A stretch of 60,562 nucleotides of DNA from Octopus bimaculoides (lineage: Eukaryota), in the NCBI RefSeq assembly GCF_001194135.2, contig NC_068981.1:21876758-21937319 (forward strand), given 5' to 3'. Positions 1-11,539 of this stretch are shown piece after piece; positions within the stretch are counted from its first letter, which is position 1; the number at the start of each line of letters is the position of its first letter. The notes beneath the pieces were generated by a model that ran no database searches, was not told the origin of the DNA, and was given only the letters and a program-made list of their open reading frames with translations. The position numbers were made by a program, and so were the translations under genes.

Positions 1-37
<37 letters not shown>

Positions 38-1379
38 TCATCCTCATCATCATCATTGTTTAACGTCCACTTTCCATGCTGGCATGGGTTGGATGATTTG
101 ACTGAGGACTGGCAAGCCAGAAGGCTGCACCAGGCTCCAATCTGATCTGGCAGAGTTTCTACAGCGGCACTGGCAACGACCTCGCTTGAATGTACACACA
201 CACATATATATATATATAAATATATATAATATAGCCCCAAGCTGACTAAAGCCTTGTAAGTGGGTTTGGTAGACGGAAGCAGAAAGAAGTTCATTATATA
301 TGTATGTATCTATGTATGTGTTCCTGTGTTTGTGTCTGTACCCCATATTGCTTGACAGGTGTTGGTTTGTCTACATCCTCTTGACTTAGTTTTAGAGAAA
401 GAGATCAAAGTGGTGCCCCAGTATGGCCACAATCCAACGATTAAAATAAGTAAGAGATGAAAGATAATGATAAATTACAAGACAATGAGGAAACTCATAT
501 GTGATTGCTCAAACAGTTAAAACTAGCAGCCAAATCTCCCTCATTTCCCATCCTGCTATGCTATCAAAAGACAAAGACATTGGATAATGTGTTTGGAAAA
601 CAAACTGGATGGATATGACTAGAATGTCCTTGGTCATTAGTTTTCTGAACCAGAGCTGGTCCAAATGAGAACATGATAAATTGATATGTTTCTTTTTTGC
701 TTTATTTTTATTTTTCAGAGGTGCTGGTACCTTTCTGATTTGGGGCGCTCTAAGATGAGAGGGGTGATATATGATCTGGCCCTCTCTAAGATGAGAGGGG
801 TAGATATATATTGGCCATAAGGATGGATATAGTGGATATAAGAGTGGATATATTATATTAGTGATGGGTGTGAATATATTGGTTGTTGGGTTAGGTCTTT
901 TGGTGACAGGCATGTATATTGGCTACATGGGTTGACATCATCATCATCATTTGATGTCTGTTTTCTATGCTGGCATGGGTTGGACATATTGGCGATAAAA
1001 GTGGATATACTGCTATTAAGAGTGGTGATGAAGTTAAAAGATGTATTTTGGTGATAGTGCAGATATATTGATAGAAAAAGGTTTTGTTAGTGATAGGGGT
1101 CACTATCTTTGATGACTAGAGTAGATATATTGTTGATAGGAGAAGATATAATATTAATGATAGGGGTAGATGTAAAGAAGAGAGCTGTGTTTAACTCTGA
1201 TATAAACTAAAAAAGTGATGATGATGGCAGGGGAAGAGTAAGACGTTTATGGTTGCTGTCACAGATTCTGCATTTTCTCAATTTTGTTCAAATTTGGTAT
1301 ACAGATTTAGTTTTGTATACTAATTATGAAAATAAAATTAATTTTTGTTATAAATCAATAAACAAAAAGTTAATTCCTC

Positions 1380-1606
1380 TTAAATTTTGCAAACTTGGGG
1401 TAATTTTAGCCAATAAAAAGTCACTATTATGTACATGACTGTAAATCTCATAGTGGTATCTGTTTCCATAATAACAGGCAAAGCTGTAGTCTGATGCCTT
1501 CGCCACCGGAATAACATCCTCAAGTTTTCTTCCTCTGTTATTTCTGTCTGTCATTTTGTGACAAACAGCTATAATGCAGAAAATGCCAGCTTCCAATTCC
1601 TGTTTT
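1380..1606 (-). CDS. RGSL1: RGSL1-like probable terminal coding exon; acceptor and frame unresolved
   Basis: Three phase-1 acceptors: 1606 gives KNRNWKLAFSAL*; 1568 gives TVCHKM...FIDL* (stop at 1348); 1543 gives KITEEENLRMLFRW...TDTTMRFTVM...CKI* (stop at 1380). Confidence 0.4.
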
Positions 1607-1897
1607 CTGGTTAAACAGAAAATGATCAAATTTTGAAACTCTGTAACACTTTTCTAATTATGTTTCTGGAAATAAATGAATCCCAAATTCAGATTCAGTG
1701 TGAAAAATAGCACCAGACATAACAAATTTGAAAATTTTCACTTAATTTTAAAATTTCCAAGTTTGTGACAACAAGATTAAGGTCGCAGTTTGGTAGCAGA
1801 CTTTAGTGATATGGCTCTTCTAGAAAGATGTAAGGTACAGCAAAAAAATTTGAGGAGGAGGAGGAGAAGGAGGAAAAGGGGGAAGAGAATTACTTAC

Positions 1898-2037
1898 TGT
1901 CTTGCACAAATGAAGGAAGTTCATGTTTAAAAAACATGTGTTGTCTTGTAATGTCATTTTGAATTATTTTTAGCCTTATTTGCAATTTTGTTTTAAATCT
2001 TTCTCTTCCACCACATGCATTTTGTTCTAGATGCATG
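1898..2037 (-). CDS. RGSL1: RGSL1-like exon (MHLEQNACGGRERFKTKLQIRLKIIQNDITRQHMFFKHELPSFVQD)
   Basis: atctttacag| acceptor, A|GTAAGT donor, phase 2 to 1, open frame. Confidence 0.8.
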
Positions 2038-2301
2038 CTGTAAAGATACCACAAAACATTTCCATAAAAACATAAATTCAAGAATAATTGTTTCAAACTT
2101 TGGCACAAGGCCAGTAATTTTAGGGATAGTAGTTAGTTGATTACATTGACCCCAGTGCTTAGCTGATATCCATTATAGCAACCCTGAAAGAATGAATGAC
2201 GAAGCCAGACTTGACAGCATTTGAACTCAGAATTTAAAGCTGGGCACTGAGCATTTTGTTTTGCATGCTAATATACCAGTTTGCCACCTTAAAATTCAGG
2301 A

Positions 2302-2371
<70 letters not shown>

Positions 2372-2725
2372 TGATATTTTGTCTTGGTGTAAAAGATAGG
2401 CTACAGTAAATATTCTGCTCAATACCACAGGTTTGCTTATCAGTTGTTTGACCTTAACCAGTTGAGCATGTCCCAGTTTGACAATATGTGCATCTCTGAT
2501 CACGAGCAGGAGTAGTGGGAGAAGCATCATAGCCATGTGTTGAGAGGAACTTTTGGGGCTTTGAATAATTCACCTCTGGAAATATGTGTGTTTTGTTCAT
2601 CATCCTTAAACAAAACTTATTCAGGGACCTTTTGAGTGGGAGGGGCTACTTGACCAGAAGAAAATTCTAACTGGGTGCCCCAGCTGCAAGGTCATGTGTT
2701 GTTTATTTTGATATGAAATGACTAT

Positions 2726-3039
2726 ACAGTTCTATATTTAAGAGATGAGGAATTGTTTACATTATTTACATTATTTACATTTGATGGATATTTGTCCTCA
2801 TCTTGTTTGTTGTTAACACAACGTTTCAGTTGATATACTCTTCAGCCTTCATCAGGTGTCTTGGGGAAATTTCGAACCTGTGTTCTCATTCCTAAGGTAT
2901 TTTTTGATGTTATTATTATCATTATTATTATCATTATTATTATTATTATTATTATTCGGTCACTGCCTGGAATCGAAACATTGTGTTAACAACAAACAAG
3001 ATGAGGATAAATATCCATCAAATGCAAATAATGTAAATA
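2726..3039 (-). mobile_element. Penelope-like terminal-repeat insertion with internal inverted repeats
   Basis: About 63-bp inverted repeat (2766-2828 vs 2975-3037), ATGAAATGAC(T/C)AT duplicated at both junctions, CTGATGA...GAAAC motif. Confidence 0.55.
2815..2860 (-). ncRNA. Degenerate minimal type I hammerhead ribozyme motif
   Basis: GACAC-CUGAUGA(A)-GGCUG...CAACU-GAAAC-GU-U-GUGUU: stem I GACAC/GUGUU, palindromic ACGU stem III, imperfect stem II. Confidence 0.5.
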
Positions 3040-3196
3040 ATGAAATGACCATGTCGTACACATATGGTTGTGATGCATGTGCCTAGTGTACCCTTATCAG
3101 ACGGGTAGTCATGATGGGTATACTGGGTTTCATATATTTGTACCCCAGTTTCACTTTCATGGCATGCATTGCTTTCTCACTCAATAATAATAATAA

Positions 3197-4085
3197 TCAT
3201 CATCATCATCATCATCGTTTAACGTCCGCTTTCCATGCTAGCATGGGTTGGACGATTTGACTGAGGACTGGTGAAACTGGATGGCAACACCAGGCTCCAA
3301 TCTAATTTGGCAGAGTTTCTACAGCTGGATGCCCTTCCTAACGCCAACCACTCAGAGAATGTAGTGGGTGCTTTTACGTGTCACCCGCACGATGGCCAGT
3401 CAGGTGGTACTGGCAACGGCCACGCTCAAAATGGTGTCTTTTATGTGCCACCTGCACAAGAGCCAGTCCAGGGGNNNNNNNNNNNNNNNNNNNNNNNNNN
3501 NNNNNNNNNNNNNNNNNNNNNNNNNNNNNNNNNNNNNNNNNNNNNNNNNNNNNNNNNNNNNNNNNNNNNNNNNNNNNNNNNNNNNNNNNNNNNNNNNNNN
3601 NNNNNNNNNNNNNNNNNNNNNNNNNNNNNNNNNNNNNNNNNNNNNNNNNNNNNNNNNNNNNNNNNNNNNNNNNNNNNNNNNNNNNNNNNNNNNNNNNNNN
3701 NNNNNNNNNNNNNNNNNNNNNNNNNNNNNNNNNNTTTCACGCAGCTATCCTCATCCATTCTCACCACATGTCCATACCAGCGCAATCGTCTCTCTTGCAC
3801 ACCACAACTGATGCTTCTTATGTTCAGCTTTTCTCTCAAGATACTTACACTCTGACGGGTATGCACACTGACATTACACATCCAGCAGAGCATACTGGCT
3901 TCATTCCTTGCGAGCTTACGCATGTCCTCAGCAGTCACAGCCCATGTTTCACTGCCATGTAGCATGGCTGTTCGTACACATGCGTCATACAGTCTGCCTT
4001 TTACTCTGAGTGAGAGTCCCTTTGTCGCCAGCAGAGGTAAGAGCTCTCTAAACTTTGCCCAGGCTATTCTTATTCTAGCAGCTAC
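3197..4085 (-). mobile_element. 5'-truncated RTE-clade LINE (RT C-terminus plus 3' UTR, (GAT)n tail), spans a gap
   Basis: AARIRIAWAKFRELLPLL...LHGSETW...RRLRWYGHVVRM; (AAT)n on both flanks. Confidence 0.85.
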
Positions 4086-4249
4086 AAATAATAATAATAA
4101 TTCTTTCTACTATAGGCACAAGACCTAAAATTTTGAGGGGAGGGGGTTAGTCAATTACAATGAACCCAGTGCATGACTGGTACTTAATTTATCAACCCTA
4201 AAAAAATGAAAGGCAAAGTTGACCTTGGTAGAATTATCATTATTATCAT

Positions 4250-4790
4250 TATTATTGTTAACCCTCCATCCAAGATGACTTAGGATGCCAAGATTAAGGT
4301 CGCAGTTTCGTAGCAGACTTTAGTGATATGGCTCTTCTAGAAAGATGTAAGGTACAGCAAAAAGCCAATAACTGAAAATCGGGGAGCACCAAATAGTTGC
4401 ACAAGACACAAATTTCCTGGTTTCGATGATCTTGTCAATGAATTCATGCCAGATTTGTTTGGCAACCGCTTGGTGGACAGCCACAGCAAATGTCAGCAGA
4501 ACAGCAGAATTTCAAATGCTGTGAGCTATGGAATCATACCACTGCAGAGAAATGGTGCTGAAAAGGAGTATGCAGTTGCATAGCTCTGCTAAATACAAAG
4601 TTTAAGATTTTGTCCAAGATCCCAGACACTGTTTTAAGATGACTCTTTTGCACTAAGATTTTCTATGGACAGCTGGTAGAAGTCCTTGACTTTGAGGGGC
4701 TTTACTAGTTTGCGATAGACTCTACAGACATGGAAATACCATCTGTCAGGCCTGTTTGAGATGCATACATAGCAACAGCACTATTTTGCA
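4250..4790 (-). mobile_element. Putative retroelement 3' fragment with (AAT)n tail
   Basis: Higher-GC segment ending in an AAT-type repeat; no clear protein motif. Confidence 0.3.
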
Positions 4791-4985
4791 TGCACATGTT
4801 CAGTATATTGGTATTTCTCACTTAATTTTAGGTTGTGTCTAAAAATGTGTATATGAGTATGTATGAGCACAGACGTACATGTATATATTTGTGTGATTGT
4901 GTCTGAAAGAAAGGGAGAAAGTGCATATATGTGTGCATGTGTAAACATGCATGCAAAGGAGATGTGAATAAGGAATGCAACTTAC

Positions 4986-5110
4986 AGATCCCAAGCTTTA
5001 TAAATTGATGGAAAGACTGCAAGTGCTAAACTATGAAACAGTCCATGTGAAATGCCTTCTCTCTTAAATTTCATTATTGCTTCAGACAGTAAAGTTGGTG
5101 GGACATTTAA
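4986..5110 (-). CDS. RGSL1: RGSL1-like exon, end of second RGS-like domain (LNVPPTLLSEAIMKFKREGISHGLFHSLALAVFPSIYKAWD-L)
   Basis: ttacaacag| acceptor, CT|GTAAGT donor, phase 0 to 2. NVP...AI...G....FH....VFP....W pattern recalled from the RGSL1 C-terminal domain. Confidence 0.88.
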
Positions 5111-5642
5111 CTGTTGTAACAATAGATAAAGAATGATTAGATTCATCAGAAATCTTAGTATACAATTCAACAATATCAACTTCAATTACAGACACCATTA
5201 ATAAGTCAAAACTACAATTACCACTTATACAATAATGATTACAGGTTTGTCCTTCATGGCTTTGAAGATGGCCAGATTAGAAGCTTTACTGTTTGTGGGT
5301 CCTGATGTAGCTTATTAGGCCAATAACTTCCAAATCTTTAAAGCTACACTGACTTGTACAAAATATTTAAGGTGAGGTAGAACTGCATAGCAACTATCCC
5401 AGCCTCTTTTCCTGTTTCTTTGGCACCCAGTGGCAAGACAGGATCAAGACAATGCAATCACTATCACCACTACCTCAATTATAGTTATCACAACAAGAAT
5501 TACTATTTTTAGAATTATCATCACCTCTACATTACTGAATACTGAGTACTCCCTCTCTTTTCCATGTTTAACTAATACTTGTTAAATAACAGTGGTTTAT
5601 GGAGAACAACTGTGCTGCCAATACAGATCATTAAAATAAGTA

Positions 5643-6439
5643 CTGTAAATCCTCGAGTATAATCCGCATTTTTTCCCCAAAATTTAAAGGTCAAAATCCC
5701 TAGTGCATACTATATACGTGATTAAAAATGAAAAATATTTTTTAAGCAATGTCTGAGTCTCTATTTGCTGTCCAGCAATGTTTATTCAGACGCATTTTGT
5801 GATGTCAGGCGCGAAAATATTTTAAGCTAAGCCTGAAAGCAATGAAGTCATTAAAGAATCATCCATAACTTGCAGTAAGCAACATTTATTAAAATAAGTG
5901 TTGTATATTGTCTGCACTGGATGGTACTCAGGATGATGTTGTATGGAAAGATGAAATAAATGAAAGTGAATCTTCTGATGTTGACTATGAATCTGACGAT
6001 GACGGAGATTTACACTACAATGATGCTGACATGTTTACGGAGGAACAAATGGAACAGTTATTTGATGCTGAAAGTGACATTGAATTTGAAGGATTTGAAT
6101 AAATGTTTTTGCTTTTGCTTTTGTAATAGTGGTAAATATGTAAAGGCAATTTACTTAATATTTATTTTTCACTGACGTTATTATTACTGTTATTTCTGTA
6201 TTTTCTGCAATCAAAGTGCACAAAAAAGCTACACATTTGCATTATGTTGTATATACAATAATAAGAAAGGACGTTACCGTATACATGTTTACAAACCAAG
6301 GACGTTATATAGACCTCCTTGACTCAAGTTAGAGAAGGGGTGCGTATTATACACAAGGTTTAGGTTTTTCAGAGGTACAGCCCCCTAAAAATCCCCTGTG
6401 TATTATACTCAAGGGCAGACTATACTCGAGGATATATGA
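5643..6439 (+). mobile_element. Non-autonomous pogo/Tc2-type DNA transposon
   Basis: TIRs ctgtaaatcctcgagtata / tatactcgaggatatatga, TA on both sides. SALDGTQDDVVW plus acidic tail resembles the pogo-type transposase C-terminus. Confidence 0.75.
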
Positions 6440-6727
6440 TACTTAAAAATAAGTAATGAGATTAAATAACTGATAGAAAGCCTTCAAGGTGGGACCACAG
6501 CATGGCCACAGTCCAATAACTGATACAAACAGAAAAATATTAATGTAGTAGGCAGCTACCTTCATATCTCTAAATTTATCTACTAGAACAAAAAGTATGT
6601 TGTCTTCTCTCTCTTTACACTAAAGTAGTTTTAAGACATATCAATGATTTCTAACATGGTACATTTACAAGATGGCCCCTACACATGTATAACAACAAAT
6701 ACCAACAAGAAATTAAAAGATAGATAC

Positions 6728-6854
6728 GGCTGAATATATAACATTTTCTGTACTGAGGAACTTCTTAATTATGTTTATTACTTTAATCTTCATTCGTCGT
6801 TTTTCAACTGGTAAATAGCAACACTTTTTGTAATTTTGAAATGCTTTCTTATAA
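6728..6854 (-). CDS. RGSL1: RGSL1-like exon (YKKAFQNYKKCCYLPVEKRRMKIKVINIIKKFLSTENVIYSA)
   Basis: gcttcacag| acceptor, weak GCC|GTATCT donor, phase 2 to 0. Joins LNVPP to give the RGS-like ...KFL.....LNVP segment. Confidence 0.78.
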
Positions 6855-7559
6855 CTGTGAAGCAATGAAAGAAATATTATGAAAATAATTTCTGAAACAG
6901 ACATGCAAAGCTAATCAAATCAAAATTAACACTGCCCCCATCACTTTCCCCAAGATGCAACACAATGCTTGGCGCATGCTGCTCATCATCAATCTCATCG
7001 TTGTCATCATTGCCATCGACACAATTGTCCTTAACATTGCCATCAGCATCATTTAACATCTGTCTTCCATGCTGGCATGGGTTGGACAGTTTGGCAGAAT
7101 CCAATGAATTGAAGAACTGTGTCAAAATCCAGTGTTTATTTGGTTTGGTTTCTACAGCGGAACACCCTTCCTAATACTAACCACTTTACAGAGTGTATCA
7201 GGTGAGTTTTTCATGACACCAGCACTAATGAGGTTGCCAAGTATGTTGCAAGACAAAACATGACTCCTCAACCAAGTGGAGTTGTAGTAGAGAGGGAAGT
7301 GGCTTTATGTCAAGTATTGAGAAGCTAAAATATAAAAAGGGACAGACACAGGCGTCTTGCTATAGAGGAGATACATGGCTAGGCCATGTTATATAACTGT
7401 GGCTAGCTGAAAAGAAGACAATGTCAGGAGTAGTGAGGTGTCAAAGTGTGCTCTCAAGATCCAAAAAAGCGAGGAGTATAAGAGAGAATATAGACTGAGG
7501 ATCAGGAAGGAGAAATGGATAAATTCATGAGCATGAGAAAGGAGAGTAATGGATAGTTA

Positions 7560-8075
7560 AAGATGGGGTGTAGTTTGCAATGATAAGAACCAGCTAGAGA
7601 AAGTATTTTGTAACCACTGTAGCTAATAAAAGACCTCTCTCTCTCAGTGTGAAAGCCAATGTGTATGGATAGCAATGTTACATAGTGAAATGTGGACCAT
7701 GAATGCAAAAGATATGTGAAGACTAGAAAGAAATGAAGCTACATTGGATGTAGGGCACCCTTGTTTTCCCTCTACAGCAAGACACCCGTTCCTGTCCTTC
7801 TAGCCTCTCAACACCTGGCATAAAGCCACTTTCCCCTATGCTACACTGCCATTCAGCCAAAGTATCTTGTGCTGCAAGTTAGTTGGTAAAATTACTAGTG
7901 CTGGTGCCACACAGAAAGTACACAGTCCACTCTATAAAGTGGTTGGCATTAGGAAGGACATCTAGCTATAGAAACTATGCCAAAGCAGACACTAGAACTT
8001 GATACAAATCTCTGGCTTGTCAGATCCTGTTGGATCATCCAACCACTGTTATCATGGAAGACAGACGGTAAACAT
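7560..8075 (+). mobile_element. Decayed RTE LINE fragment (RT C-terminus and 3' UTR)
   Basis: Degenerate match to the LSLRVK..MLH.E.W...RLERNEA segment seen in 3197-4085. Confidence 0.55.
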
Positions 8076-8507
8076 TAATGACTTGTAAGCACACGGTATT
8101 TTGTTATGCTACCATAATATGCTACAAAGTATATTAAACGTTTTTATAAGTCAATACCAGGTTCTACTGTGTTAGCAGTACACTTAAATCATGTGTTAAG
8201 ATCATCTCTATTGATTTTTTATAGAAATTATCGCCAGCACTAATTTTGTTATGACATTTCATATCCAATACATCAGGTGTAAACAAACAATGAGATTTTC
8301 ATCTTTAATCTCATAGTTTTTTTACATCTGGTGTTGCAGATATGAAATGTAACACAATTAGTGCTGGTAATAATGTTTATAGAAAATGATGATGAACTAG
8401 ATATTACATACATATCCATCAATTTATGCATTTATCTTTATGTGCCTGTCTCTCTTCGTCTCTCTCTATCTCTATCTATTTATCTATCTATACATACACA
8501 AACACAC

Positions 8508-8539
<32 letters not shown>

Positions 8540-8737
8540 NNNNNNNNNNGAGAGAGAGAGAGAGAGACAGATAGATAGATAGATAGATAGCCAGCTAACT
8601 AGATAGATAGACAGACAGATAGATAGATATAATACTAACTAGATATTACATACAATATAGATACATGTATAAATATATCATCATCACTGTCACTGTTTAA
8701 TGTCTGCCTTCCATGCTATTTACATAAAAAATATATA

Positions 8738-8980
8738 TTAGGTTCATGCATAATTATTGCGGCTTTTTTTCAATAAATGTTATTCAACAAAAACAATAAC
8801 AACATTTAAGAAAAACATCTTTAAATGATTATTCCGGAGCATATTCACCATCTACTTCAATTTCTGCTTGGCGTTTTGTTTAAATTGGCATTTTGATTAA
8901 ATTGGCTCTTTGTTTAAATTTTTTGTTGAATAAAATTTATTGAATAAAAGCCACAATAATTATGCAGCACCAACCTAACA
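8738..8980. mobile_element. Mariner-type MITE
   Basis: Inverted termini ttaggtt..tgcataattattgcggctttt / aaagccacaataattatgca..aacctaa, resembling mariner TIRs. Confidence 0.65.
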
Positions 8981-9537
8981 TATATCATGATTATCATCAT
9001 CATAATTTAATGCCTTTTGTCCATGCTGGAATGGATTAGACGGTTTGACCAGGGTTGGTAAGCTGAGAGGCTGCACCAGACTCCAGTCTGATTTGGCATG
9101 GTCTCTATGGCTGGACGTCCTTCATAATACCAACCACTTCAAGACAGCTGCCAATTACATGACACCAGTACCTGCCATGACTATGATTTCACTTGGCTTG
9201 ATGGGTCTTCTACTCAAGCATGGTATATTGCCTCCATTCATATATCATCATCATCATCATTGTCATTTAACGTCCACTTTCCATGCTAGCATGGGTTGGA
9301 TGGTTTGACTGAGAACTGGCAAGCCAGGAGGCTGCACCAGGCTCCAATCTGATTTGGCAAGGTTTCTACAGCTGGATGCCTTTCCTAACACTAACTACTC
9401 CAAGAGTGCAGTGGGTGCTTTTTATGTGTCACTGACACAGGAGCCAGTCAGGCGGCACTGGCATTGACCATGCTCGAATGGTGCTTTCTACATATGGATA
9501 AACATATATGTATGTGTATGTGCATATACATAAACAT

Positions 9538-9654
<117 letters not shown>

Positions 9655-9946
9655 TATAAGAGTAACAAATCTAATTCATAATAACATGAACAACCATCTA
9701 TACATGTTACATATATTAAATAACAACAGAAATATTCTAAGTTATACTTGTCTTGAAAAGAGACTTAATGCAGTAGAACTGTGTCAATGACCAGTTAGGA
9801 ATGTACAACAATATTTGTTGACACATAGTATATAATATCATTAATAATTAAAACAAAAGTGAACAGAACATTAATTATATGTGCACGTTTTACAATATAA
9901 TTGCAAGATAACTATTGTTAGCAAGTATTGATAATTAAAACTCAAC

Positions 9947-10058
9947 CTTAATGCCTCAATAAAGAAATTCACTCTAATTTTCAATATTTGATACTCTGAC
10001 AATTTTAAATACTTTAATCTGGGCTTCAGATGACTTATTCTTCTTCTGTTCAACTTTT
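9947..10058 (-). CDS. RGSL1: RGSL1-like exon (KLNRRRISHLKPRLKYLKLSEYQILKIRVNFFIEAL-S)
   Basis: tttattccag| acceptor, AG|GTTGAG donor, phase 1 to 2. NFFIEALSYKK resembles the RGS FW..VE.YK helix. Confidence 0.8.
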
Positions 10059-10457
10059 CTGGAATAAACAAACAAATTAATCATAATTTCATCTCTTTGT
10101 AGTATGGCAGTGTCAAGTAAACTTAACCTCCTATGGCTGAAAAGGAGTTTTTCTCATATGATGTAATTTGTGAAAAATAAATCTACTTGTAATTGATTTC
10201 AAATTTTGGCACAAGGCCAGCAAGTTGGGGGAGGGGGTAAGTTGATTACAGTGACCCCAGTACTCAATTAGTACTTATTCTATTGACCCTGAAAGGATGA
10301 AAAGCAAAGTCAACCTAGGTGTGAATTGAACTTAGAACATAAACTCAGATGAAATGCTGCTAATGATTTTGCCTAGTGTACCAATGATTCAGTCAGCTCA
10401 CTGCCTTGAATCTACTAATAATTAAGAATAATAATGCCTAGTTATAGGAGGTTAATA

Positions 10458-10940
10458 CTTAACCCTTTTGTTACCGTATTTATTATGAGATGCTCTGTGT
10501 TCCTTTCAGTTATTTTAAATATAACAAAGAATTTAGACAATTAACTTAGTTATCAAATAGAAAATTACTATTTGTAAATCTCTCAATGAGAGATACTCAG
10601 CAACAGTACTCTAGAGTAAAGATTATTTGCCAACATAACATACCAGTCCTGGTTTAGGATGAATGTTGCTGTAATTTAACCCCAGGATTGTCTCTAGCTG
10701 GCTATACACAGATCGTGTTGTATAGCCAGCTGGAGATGATGTCTCCTGGGGCTAAATTACAACAACATTCGTCCTAAACCAGGACTGCTTTGTTATGTTG
10801 GCAAATAATCTTAACTTAGTTATCATTAAGCTAGTGTTAGGAACATAAATTGTGAGTAAGGTTTGGTGGAAGATTTTAATTCAAAACTTATGAAAACAAG
10901 ACATTTGGACTACAGAGTCAGAGCAGGTTTCAGCTAAGTT
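10458..10940. mobile_element. TTAA/CCC-type (piggyBac-like) MITE interrupted by the 10556-10810 insert
   Basis: Begins ttaacccttt; related copies in reverse orientation near 31530-31740 and 33400-33567. Confidence 0.5.
10620..10811. repeat. Foldback element (about 90-bp arms)
   Basis: gattatttgccaacataaca...tgttatgttggcaaataatc arms; TAA on both sides. Confidence 0.8.
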
Positions 10941-11539
10941 TGTAGGTAAAGAACCTGCAATCTTAAGACAAGATTAGGCTCATTTGTTACTAGTAGGACC
11001 TGTGTAAATTCCATGGAATGTAAAAAATTAAGAGGACCTGTTAAAGAAAGAAAGGATGATTTGTATTTTTATAGCACTCATAGCATAGCAGTGTGGTGAA
11101 GGAGCTTGCTTCCTAACTATGTGGTTTCAGGTTCAGTCCCACAGCATGGTACGTTGGGCAAGTAATCTTCTACTATAACCTCAAGCTGACCAAAGCCCTG
11201 TAAGTGGATTTTGTAGACAGAAACTGAAAGAATATATATATATATATATATATATACCATCATCATCACCACTGTTTTAATGTCCACTTTTTCGTATCTG
11301 CATGGGTTGGACAGAGTATACTGAGGCAGATTTTTTAATGACTGAATCTCCTTCTTGTCAACAACCTGTTTCCAAGCAAGGTACTATTTCCTTGTGGGCA
11401 GATATGTTTCCCCAGGGTACTGGAAATGAATAACAATACTTGTATGACAGTGACACTCGTTTACAACTATTACGCATTGTCAAGATGGCACAGAGTTGGT
11501 AAGGTTTGTTGTTTGCTTCATAAGGTTGTGCATAGGACA

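Larger units (their letters stand above)
2368..3182 (+). mobile_element. Non-coding retroposon-like element embedded in (AAT)n (copy 1, 5'-truncated, interrupted at about 2726-3039)
   Basis: Colinear with 48933-49490; (AAT)n on both sides; ends ...ctcactc(aat)n. Confidence 0.7.

Noticed and set aside
509-1103. Pro/Tyr-rich ORFs
   Set aside because: Derived from degenerate gatata/gtgg tandem sequence and a repeat tail; no homology signal.
3271-3962. Long ORFs spanning N runs (also 26664, 32652, 55051)
   Set aside because: Length is an artefact of gap X residues; only the RTE part is real.
5908-6102. Stand-alone acidic protein gene
   Set aside because: It lies between TIRs with TA flanks and matches a pogo-type transposase tail.
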